This document shows, in pieces, positions 54,826 to 62,365 of a stretch of 62,365 nucleotides of DNA. The stretch lies in contig JBCKWI010000004.1 of the NCBI GenBank assembly GCA_038922795.1, positions 1 through 62,365 on the forward strand. The letters are read 5' to 3'. This stretch comes from Gammaproteobacteria bacterium (GTDB lineage: Bacteria > Pseudomonadota > Gammaproteobacteria > Eutrophobiales > Eutrophobiaceae). Under the pieces are notes generated by a model, which made no database searches, was not told where the DNA came from, and was given only the letters and a program-made list of their open reading frames with translations. Numbering within the stretch: position 1 is the stretch's first letter; each line of letters begins with the position of its first letter. The position numbers were made by a program, and so were the translations under genes.

Positions 54826-55815
54826 ATGCTATCAGATGCCGTCCAGGTAGTAGTTGGAGTTATTACCAATGATACCGGCGAGTTTTTACTGGCGAAAAGA
54901 CCCACTGATGTACATCAGGGGGGATTATGGGAATTCCCCGGGGGAAAACGGGAAACGGGTGAAGATGTTAGGCACGCGTTAAACAGGGAACTTCTTGAAG
55001 AACTGGGTCTGATTGTTAATAAGGCCCGCCCGTTTATCAGGTTGTTTTATGAATATCCCGAAAAATCTGTAGTATTGAATGTCTGGTTAATACAGGAGTG
55101 GGAAGGATTGCCTTATGGAAAGGAAGGGCAGTTGATTCAATGGTGCAGCAGAAATAATTTGCATGAAGTAGAATTCCTGCCAGCCAATGAAATGATCGTA
55201 AAAGCAATACAATTACCAGCCTTGTATCTGATCAGTCCTGGCCCGGCAGGAGACAGGATGGATACGTTTATTGCAGGGATAGAAGAATGCATTGTGGCAG
55301 GAGCAAGGCTATTGCAGCTCCGTTGCCATGAAGATATATATAAGAACCATTCTGAAGTAATCACAAGAGTTTTATCAATTTGCAATGCATACAATGCAAA
55401 ACTTCTCCTTAATTCAACACCTGCAACAGCAGTATCTCTGAAGGCCCATGGCGTACATTTGAACAGCGTCAGGTTATTACAGTTGAACCAACGGCCGCTT
55501 GAGAGGAGTTTCTGGATTTCTGCTTCTTGTCATAATCAGACTGAAATGGAGCATGCTGAAAGAATAGGGGTTGATTTTGCAGTTCTGTCCCCGGTTGAAT
55601 TCACGGTCAGTCATCCAGATGCCAAACCTATGGGGTGGAAAATATTTTCAGAGTTGGCCGGTCTTGCCAACATACCGGTTTATGCATTGGGTGGTATGCT
55701 TCCTGAACATATGAGTAAGGCCTGGAATAATGGTGCACAAGGTATTGCAATGTTGAGCGGTGTATGGTCATCAGACAAACCGGTAGACGTTATCAGAAAA
55801 TGTATTTGTGTTTAA
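54826..55815 (+). CDS. mutT: MutT-type Nudix hydrolase fused to a thiamine-phosphate-synthase-like domain
   Basis: Complete Nudix box GGKRETGEDVRHALNRELLEELGL; C-terminal QLR, GVHL, SCH, SPV, SHP, ALGG. Confidence 0.9.
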   Translation: MLSDAVQVVVGVITNDTGEFLLAKRPTDVHQGGLWEFPGGKRETGEDVRHALNRELLEELGLIVNKARPFIRLFYEYPEKSVVLNVWLIQEWEGLPYGKEGQLIQWCSRNNLHEVEFLPANEMIVKAIQLPALYLISPGPAGDRMDTFIAGIEECIVAGARLLQLRCHEDIYKNHSEVITRVLSICNAYNAKLLLNSTPATAVSLKAHGVHLNSVRLLQLNQRPLERSFWISASCHNQTEMEHAERIGVDFAVLSPVEFTVSHPDAKPMGWKIFSELAGLANIPVYALGGMLPEHMSKAWNNGAQGIAMLSGVWSSDKPVDVIRKCICV

Positions 55816-55993
55816 ATTTACTGACATCATCCGCCTGTGTTTCAAAGGATGATATATCATCTGATATACGGTTTTTTGCATCAATCCAGTCACCAAAGTC
55901 GATCAGTTTACAATGTTCACTACAAAATGGACGCCATTGATTTGTGCTTGAATATACAACTGGTTCTCCACATTGAGGACATTTGATTTTCAA
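55793..55993 (-). CDS. yacG: DNA gyrase inhibitor YacG
   Basis: CPQC...RPFCSEHCKLIDFGDW; downstream of zapD. Confidence 0.93.
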   Translation of the reverse strand: MKIKCPQCGEPVVYSSTNQWRPFCSEHCKLIDFGDWIDAKNRISDDISSFETQADDVSKFKHKYIF

Positions 55994-55996
55994 AAT

Positions 55997-56767
55997 TTAT
56001 AATATACAACAGTGAAGTTCAAATTCTACATTATCATGGGTTTGTACAGGACGTGATTTTGTTGATGACTGTTCCATAAATCTTACTGTGAAGCGGTGCT
56101 TGCCTCCACTAATCTCAGGATAAAACTTACTTTCCACTGGAATGAATATCCTTATTAATTGACAAGATATATTTGACTCAATAGGCTTTTGAAAAAAGCC
56201 AGATGGTGCTTGTTCAGTCACCGGGTTAGCGCTGTTTCTTATCATATTCAGAGCCAGTTTCAATCCATCATGCATTATTTTCAGATCGCTATACCAATGA
56301 TTGATATCACTCAACCGGTCATCAAATGGTTTGTGCAACCAATAATGATAATTCGGAAGATCAAAGTTGCATGAACCTTCTGGAATGATATTACGTTGTT
56401 TTATTGATGTAATAAATTCATCCTGTTTAATATTTTGTCCAGGCTGGCAAGATGGTTTTTTGAGTGATTCAAGGATACTAATAATATTCTCAGTAATACT
56501 TGCCAAACGATCCTGATCAACATTGGGATTAACCGCAAGTGAATTCAATGTAGAAAAGTGGCGTTCAAGTTCTTTTATTAAATCTGATTTAATATCAGAT
56601 CTTGTCATGATATCTGCTATGTTAAGCAGATTTGTTATGGCTGCGCGGTTATCCCATTCGCTGGAGCTATTTATGTGATGGTTGGTTATTTTGAACAGAT
56701 GTTCAAGCCGGAGGAAAGTCCTTATCCTTTCATTCAATGGTTGTTCGTATATGATTTTTATCTGCAC
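55997..56767 (-). CDS. zapD: Cell division protein ZapD
   Basis: YEQPLNERIRTFLRLE, KSDLIKELER, FDLPNYHYWL, PEISGGKHRFTVRF. Confidence 0.96.
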   Translation of the reverse strand: MQIKIIYEQPLNERIRTFLRLEHLFKITNHHINSSSEWDNRAAITNLLNIADIMTRSDIKSDLIKELERHFSTLNSLAVNPNVDQDRLASITENIISILESLKKPSCQPGQNIKQDEFITSIKQRNIIPEGSCNFDLPNYHYWLHKPFDDRLSDINHWYSDLKIMHDGLKLALNMIRNSANPVTEQAPSGFFQKPIESNISCQLIRIFIPVESKFYPEISGGKHRFTVRFMEQSSTKSRPVQTHDNVEFELHCCIL

Positions 56768-56820
56768 AGAAATACCGTCATCAAATCCGGTTATCGATCA
56801 GGCAAATAGATATAAATGAT

Positions 56821-57429
56821 TTAATTTCTTTCAGAAGCAATTTTATATTTGTCATTTAATTTATATATCTGATATCTGAGGGACTCAATATCACCATCGT
56901 TATAGATAATATCGTGAGCAAAATCCAGGCGTTCATTTCGTGAAACCTGTGTGCTTATAATTTTTGTAATTGTTTTATTATCAATACTGTCACGGTAACT
57001 TGCACGCATTACCTGTTGTTTTTCCGTGGCATCAATTACGAGGATTCTATCTACTTTGCCAGTTGCTCCGGTTTCAATCAATAGGGGTATACAGATTATG
57101 CAATAGTTGTTTTTAAGTTGTGATACCTGTTTATCAATCTCATTATAGATTAATGGATGTAAAATGCCCTCTACTTTATGTCTGGCATCATCATCCTCAA
57201 ATACGATTTTTCGAAGCTGGGCCCGGTCCAGTTCACCATCAGCACGGATTACTTTGTCACCAAACAATCTGGTAATTTCAAAATATGCCGACTGCTCCCT
57301 GGCGGATAACATATGTGCAATCTGATCAGCATCAATAACTGGTACACCCAGCTCAGCAAAAATCATACAGGCAGTACTTTTACCGCTTCCTATGCCCCCA
57401 GTCAGGCCTATGCGTAATATTTTCGCCAT
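56821..57429 (-). CDS. coaE: Dephospho-CoA kinase
   Basis: GLTGGIGSGKS, IDADQIA, ILHP, IPLL.E. Confidence 0.97.
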   Translation of the reverse strand: MAKILRIGLTGGIGSGKSTACMIFAELGVPVIDADQIAHMLSAREQSAYFEITRLFGDKVIRADGELDRAQLRKIVFEDDDARHKVEGILHPLIYNEIDKQVSQLKNNYCIICIPLLIETGATGKVDRILVIDATEKQQVMRASYRDSIDNKTITKIISTQVSRNERLDFAHDIIYNDGDIESLRYQIYKLNDKYKIASERN

Positions 57430-57435
57430 GAAAGG

Positions 57436-58401
57436 CTATACCAATTTTAGGTAAATATCCGTAATTTCTTGCCCCCAAATCAGTGCAATCCAGCCTGCAA
57501 CAGCCAGGTAAGGTCCGAATGGGATGGGTTTATTTCTACCCTGTTTGCCTGTCAGTATAAGTGAAACCCCTATAACGGATCCAAGCATGGATGACAGCAG
57601 AACAATTAAAGGCAGCATCTCCCATCCCAGCCATGCACCTAACATGGCAAGCAATTTAAAATCACCATAACCCATCCCTTCCTTGCCGGTAAGCAGTTTG
57701 AAACTTATGAAAATTATCCAGAGTATTCCATAACCCAGCATTGCCCCGATTAAACTGGAATAAATATCTGTAAACAGATTGAAGATATTACATGCAAGAC
57801 CCAGCCATAGTAATGGCAGGGTGATATCGTCAGGTAACAGCTGATAGTCGAAATCAATCATGCTTAGACAAATCAGTGACCATGTGAGTATAACGGCGAA
57901 CAATGTCTGAAGGTTATAACCAAAATGCCAGGCAATATAACCGGTTAATAGTCCGGTCAGCAGTTCAATAAGAGGATAACGCAATGAAATCTTATTATTG
58001 CAATTTTTACACTTGCCCTTCTGTAACAAATAGCTGATGACAGGAATATTATTAATTGCTCTGATCAAGTTATGACAGTGAGGGCATCTTGATCTGGGTC
58101 TGACAAGATTAAATGGTTCATGAATTTTTTCAGGTTTACGGCGTTTTTCCTGCAACCTCCTCCAGAACCTTGGCATTGACCTTGATTTCAACAATGGCTT
58201 GTTTGTTTGACTGACTGTTTCCATTGACTCTGCGGAGGGCAGATTTAAAAATTCACAGCATTGCTTTCGCCATTCCTGTTCCATCATGATGGGCAATCTG
58301 TAAATCACCACGTTAAGGAAACTGCCTACCAACAGGCCCAGAACTGCCATCAATGCAATAAAGACACCTGGGTATATTTCGAAGAAAATAGATAGATGCA
58401 C
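57436..58401 (-). CDS. pilD: Type IV prepilin peptidase / N-methyltransferase
   Basis: GSFLNVVIYRLP, RSRCPHC, CKNC, ID...QLLPD, GMGYGDFKL, PFGPYL. Confidence 0.96.
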   Translation of the reverse strand: MHLSIFFEIYPGVFIALMAVLGLLVGSFLNVVIYRLPIMMEQEWRKQCCEFLNLPSAESMETVSQTNKPLLKSRSMPRFWRRLQEKRRKPEKIHEPFNLVRPRSRCPHCHNLIRAINNIPVISYLLQKGKCKNCNNKISLRYPLIELLTGLLTGYIAWHFGYNLQTLFAVILTWSLICLSMIDFDYQLLPDDITLPLLWLGLACNIFNLFTDIYSSLIGAMLGYGILWIIFISFKLLTGKEGMGYGDFKLLAMLGAWLGWEMLPLIVLLSSMLGSVIGVSLILTGKQGRNKPIPFGPYLAVAGWIALIWGQEITDIYLKLV

Positions 58402-58478
58402 TTGAACGATAATTTCTAGATTAATAACACGATGATGTGTTTATGCAGGGGCAAAGTCTGTTTATAAAAATCCTATAG

Positions 58479-58505
58479 CTGTTGATCCCATTCCGGGATC
58501 AACAG
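58479..58505. terminator. Perfect 11-bp stem-loop between pilC and pilD
   Basis: CTGTTGATCCC-ATTCC-GGGATCAACAG. No U-tract directly after it on the coding (-) strand. Confidence 0.4.
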
Positions 58506-58517
58506 ATTGATAATTGC

Positions 58518-59738
58518 TTATACAACAGAACCCATCTTGAAGATCGGCAGATACATGCCGATTACCAGGCCGCCGATGACAACGCCCAGGAAGGCCATAA
58601 TCATGGGTTCCAACAAGCTGGTTAATGCACCAACAGCATCATCTACTTCTTGCTCGAACCAGTCAGCCACTTTCCCCAGCATGGTATCAATGGCACCGGA
58701 CTCCTCGCCAATCGCAACCATCTGAATCACCATATTCGGGAATAACTGGGTATCCCGCATGGCTGCTTGCAGTTGAGTTCCTGTTGAAATCTCATCGCGG
58801 ATTTTCATACAGGCCTCGTAATATACAATGTTACCGCACGCACCGGCCACCGAGTTCATGGCCTCTACCAGTGGTGTGCCGGCAGCGAACATGGTTTCCA
58901 GCGTCCTGGCATAACGTGCGATGGCTGCTTTTTCCAGGATCATGCCGATGATGGGTATTTTAAGTGACATACGATCCAGAAACTGGCCGAAGGCCTTGGA
59001 GCGTTTTCTGGCCTCAAGAAATCCTACTACCGTACCGGCAATGCCCATAGCTAACAACCACCAGTATTCCTGGAACCATTTGGACATATTGATGATCATC
59101 TGTGTCAGTGCAGGCAGATCAGCGCCAAAACTGGAGAACAATTCCTGAAATTGGGGAATGACGAAGATCATCAATATGGTGACGATGACAAATGCAACCA
59201 CAATAACCGCAGCCGGATAAAACAATGCAGCCTTGATCTTGGATTTCAGGGCCTCAGTCTTTTCCATATAAGTAGCAAGCTTGTGCAATATTCCCTCAAG
59301 GATACCGGCATGTTCACCTGCTTCAATCAGGTTGCAGTATAGATCATTGAATTGAAGAGGGCGTTTGCGCAGTGCGTCTGTGAGTTGCCCGCCCGCTTCT
59401 ACATCTGCCTTGATGCCCAGGATCATGTCCTGCATGTTGGCATTCTCGTGTCCCCGGCCAACGATCTCAAACGCCTGCACCAGCGGGACGCCGGAAGACA
59501 TCATGGTGGCCAACTGGCGGCTGAAGACAGTGATATCTTTGGGTGTAATCTTTTTTCCACGGCCACCACCGATCAGGGATTTAGGTTTTTTCCTGACTTT
59601 AAGTGGGTTAATTCCCTGTCTGCGTAAAACCGCTTTGACCAACGCATCGCTCTGCCCGGTCATTTCGCCTTTGACGCGCTTGCCCTGCTTGTCCGTGCCT
59701 TCCCATACAAACATTACCGATTTTGCAGCTTCAGCCAT
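58518..59738 (-). CDS. pilC: Type IV pilus inner-membrane platform protein
   Basis: FSRQLATM, EAGEHAG.L, YPAAV, LETMFAAGTPL, IGEESG, LTSLLEP. Confidence 0.97.
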   Translation of the reverse strand: MAEAAKSVMFVWEGTDKQGKRVKGEMTGQSDALVKAVLRRQGINPLKVRKKPKSLIGGGRGKKITPKDITVFSRQLATMMSSGVPLVQAFEIVGRGHENANMQDMILGIKADVEAGGQLTDALRKRPLQFNDLYCNLIEAGEHAGILEGILHKLATYMEKTEALKSKIKAALFYPAAVIVVAFVIVTILMIFVIPQFQELFSSFGADLPALTQMIINMSKWFQEYWWLLAMGIAGTVVGFLEARKRSKAFGQFLDRMSLKIPIIGMILEKAAIARYARTLETMFAAGTPLVEAMNSVAGACGNIVYYEACMKIRDEISTGTQLQAAMRDTQLFPNMVIQMVAIGEESGAIDTMLGKVADWFEQEVDDAVGALTSLLEPMIMAFLGVVIGGLVIGMYLPIFKMGSVV

Positions 59739-59743
59739 AATTT

Positions 59744-61468
59744 TTACTCTATAGTTACGCGGTTAACTTCGGTAAGACTGGTGATACCGTCCACGACCTT
59801 CTTCAATCCTGATACGCGTAGATCCCAGATACCTTCTGTAAGGGCCTGATCAGCAAGCTGTACAGCATTGGCTCCTTCAATGATCAACCGTTTCATGGCT
59901 TCTGATATTGGCATTACCTGGTAGATACCGGCACGACCCTTGTAACCACTCGGGCAATCCGCGCCGCCATCACCGGGACCAAAAATAGTGATACCCTTTT
60001 CTATCCATTCTTCGCGAAACCCTTCTTTCAACATGGCATTCTTCGGCATATCAATCTTTACCCTGTAATCAGGGTGTAGTCTGCGGCACAGCCGCTGTCC
60101 GGTGATCAGGTTGATCGTTGTCGCTACGGCGAAGGCCTGTATGCCCATGTCCTGTAAACGTGTCAGGGTCTGCGGGCCATCGTTGGTATGGAGTGTGGAC
60201 ATCACCATATGGCCGGTTTGTGCGGCCTTTACTGCAATGGAACCTGTTTCCAGGTCGCGGATTTCCCCAACCAGAATAATATCCGGATCCTGGCGCAGAA
60301 ACGCCTTCAATGCCTTGGTGAAAGTCATGCCGGTACGCTCGTCTACCTGCACCTGGTTTACGCCCGGGAGGTTGATTTCAACCGGATCCTCTGCGGTCGA
60401 GATATTAACGTCTGTCTGATTCAGGATATTGATACCGGAATAGAGTGAAACTGTTTTGCCGCTACCGGTGGGACCGGTGACCAGAAACATGCCATAAGGT
60501 TTATGCAGGTTTTTGAGGAACAGTTCTTTCTGGAAATCTTCATATCCCAGTTGATCGATCTGTAATGCAGCGGCATCGGAATTCAGGATACGCAAAACAG
60601 CTTTTTCACCGAACAACGTCGGGCAGGTATTGACGCGAAAATCGATCGATTTGGTCTTGGAAAGTTTGAGTTTAATACGTCCATCCTGGGGAACACGCCG
60701 TTCCGAGACATCCAGACGTGACATAACCTTGATGCGGGCAGCAATCTTTTGTGATAAGGCGAGTGGTGGTTTTGCAACTTCCTCGAGCACGCCATCGATC
60801 CTGAAACGTACCCGGTATATCTTTTCGTAAGGTTCAAAATGCAAGTCAGACGCCCCTTTCTTGATAGCATCCAGCAATACCTTGTTAACAAAGCGTACGA
60901 CCGGCGCATCATCTATATCAGAATCGTCTTGTGTCTGGGTAGTGCTCTCATCAGCAACATCCAGATCATCCAGGCCTTCCAGTCCATCATCATCTTCCAT
61001 ATCACCCAAACCACTTTCAGCGTCTTCCAGTGCCTTATCAATGGCCTTGGATAATTTGTCTTCTTCTACCAGAATGGCATCGGTGCTCATGCCTACTGCA
61101 AATTTAATCTCATCAAGGGCCTGAAGATTGGTTGGATCGGAAACGGCGACATAGAGGCGTTTCCCGCGTTTGAATATAGGGAGAGAATGATGTTTTTTTA
61201 TCAGGTCTTCCTTGATAAGTTTGGTGACGTCAGGATCCAACTCTAATGCATTGATATCCAGTAAAGATACGCCGAATTCCTGTGAAGCTGCTAATGCAAT
61301 CTTGTTGCTGGGAGCAAGCTTGTTTGTCACCAGGTAGGAAACAAAAGGGGTTTTTTCCTTTAATGCGCTTTGAAACGCCTGTTGGGCAGTGGCTTCATCA
61401 AGCAACCCGTCCATAACCAGCTTTCTTGCCAAGCCGCCCAATTGAATTTTAGATGTTGTCGCCGCCAT
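59744..61468 (-). CDS. pilB: Type IV pilus assembly ATPase
   Basis: ASDLHFEP, LDVSERRVPQDGR, GPTGSGKT, EDPVE, LRQDPD...GEIRD, AQTGH, GYKGR. Confidence 0.97.
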   Translation of the reverse strand: MAATTSKIQLGGLARKLVMDGLLDEATAQQAFQSALKEKTPFVSYLVTNKLAPSNKIALAASQEFGVSLLDINALELDPDVTKLIKEDLIKKHHSLPIFKRGKRLYVAVSDPTNLQALDEIKFAVGMSTDAILVEEDKLSKAIDKALEDAESGLGDMEDDDGLEGLDDLDVADESTTQTQDDSDIDDAPVVRFVNKVLLDAIKKGASDLHFEPYEKIYRVRFRIDGVLEEVAKPPLALSQKIAARIKVMSRLDVSERRVPQDGRIKLKLSKTKSIDFRVNTCPTLFGEKAVLRILNSDAAALQIDQLGYEDFQKELFLKNLHKPYGMFLVTGPTGSGKTVSLYSGINILNQTDVNISTAEDPVEINLPGVNQVQVDERTGMTFTKALKAFLRQDPDIILVGEIRDLETGSIAVKAAQTGHMVMSTLHTNDGPQTLTRLQDMGIQAFAVATTINLITGQRLCRRLHPDYRVKIDMPKNAMLKEGFREEWIEKGITIFGPGDGGADCPSGYKGRAGIYQVMPISEAMKRLIIEGANAVQLADQALTEGIWDLRVSGLKKVVDGITSLTEVNRVTIE

Positions 61469-61648
61469 TGTGATTTTTATTCATATTTAGAAACTTTATC
61501 GTCTAAATATTAGATTATATGGGGGAAATTACCAACAGTTTTCCACTTTAAAGAGGTTCTACAGGAATATACCAACCGGTCCTCATGAATAAAACAACAA
61601 GATTGTATTAACAATATTGTGCTGCATCGCAACAAAATTCAGGGTTCT

Positions 61649-62365
61649 TTAAAGTTTCTTGCTGAATTTGAGACCATCCTGGTCAAGATCAACCTTGATA
61701 ATATCTCCTGGTATAAATTTTCCGGACAGTATGGCCTTGGCCAAAGGTGTCTCAACATGGTTCTGGATGACCCGTTTCAGGGGTCTTGCCCCATAAACGG
61801 GATCAAAACCTGCGTTCCCCAACCAGGCCATGGCTGCAGGAGTGATATTGATAGAGATATTTTGTTCAGACAGCCGGTCTATAAGGTGCTTAATCTGAAT
61901 GTTGGCAATGGCCCTGACCTGTTCATCCCGCAGACCGTGAAATACCACAAGATCATCAATACGGTTAATAAACTCCGGACGGAAATGCCTGGCCACAACA
62001 TCAAGTACCGTGTTTTTCATCATCTCATAATCGCTGTCAGCCGGCATTTCCCGGATACGATCTGATCCAAGATTGGATGTCATGACAATTACCGTGTTTC
62101 GGAAATCTACAGTGCGGCCGTGTCCATCTGTCAGTCTCCCATCATCAAATACCTGTAACATGACATTGAATACATCCGGATGGGCCTTTTCCACTTCATC
62201 CAGCAAAATCAGACTGTAAGGTTTCCGGCGCACGGCTTCAGTGAGATAGCCGCCTTGCTCAAAACCGACATAACCCGGCGGTGCGCCTATCAGTCCGGCT
62301 ACAGCGTGTTTTTCCATGTATTCAGACATGTCGACACGGATCATGGCTTCTTCCGTGTCAAACAG
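61649..62365 (-). CDS. clpB: ATP-dependent chaperone ClpB, C-terminal part (truncated by window edge)
   Basis: [58 protein letters not shown]. Frame is open to the window end. Confidence 0.93.
   Translation of the reverse strand: MFDTEEAMIRVDMSEYMEKHAVAGLIGAPPGYVGFEQGGYLTEAVRRKPYSLILLDEVEKAHPDVFNVMLQVFDDGRLTDGHGRTVDFRNTVIVMTSNLGSDRIREMPADSDYEMMKNTVLDVVARHFRPEFINRIDDLVVFHGLRDEQVRAIANIQIKHLIDRLSEQNISINITPAAMAWLGNAGFDPVYGARPLKRVIQNHVETPLAKAILSGKFIPGDIIKVDLDQDGLKFSKKL

Noticed and set aside
61560-61600. Sigma54 promoter upstream of pilB (TGGTAT... on -)
   Set aside because: No GC dinucleotide at the required -12 position.

Overview
This is a gammaproteobacterial chromosomal segment that is almost entirely core genome. 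Left to right: 3' part of a fixH/ccoH gene; rimO; an AT-rich TPR-sulfotransferase-family gene at the 3' end of tRNA-Leu(CAA); queA-tgt-yajC-secD-secF; pdxB-purN; a frameshifted mscL; a DUF4399-like gene; an MMPL/RND transporter then mlaC-bolA-murA-hisG-hisD-hisC; degS; petABC-sspAB; the lpoA-yraN-gmhA/diaA-BON cluster; rsmI; RNase P RNA; a complete dcw cluster (mraZ to ftsZ, lpxC); dciA, M23 peptidase, secA, argJ, a MutT-ThiE fusion; yacG-zapD-coaE-pilD-pilC-pilB; and the 3' part of clpB. I found no CRISPR array, integrase, transposase, prophage or defence system, and no clearly new multi-gene system. The best leads are: (1) a possible unannotated + strand sRNA between rimO and the tRNA-linked gene (orphan terminator, anti-SD/anti-AUG stretch, upstream palindromes); (2) an MMPL transporter standing where mlaFED normally precede mlaC; (3) an RNase P RNA with a 105-nt P12; (4) a +1 frameshift in mscL; (5) a PilB lacking its tetracysteine zinc site; (6) an inverted REP-like pair with a G-quadruplex motif between queA and tgt. 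All calls come from motif recognition by eye with no database searches. GC values are rough counts from a few sampled 60-nt lines.
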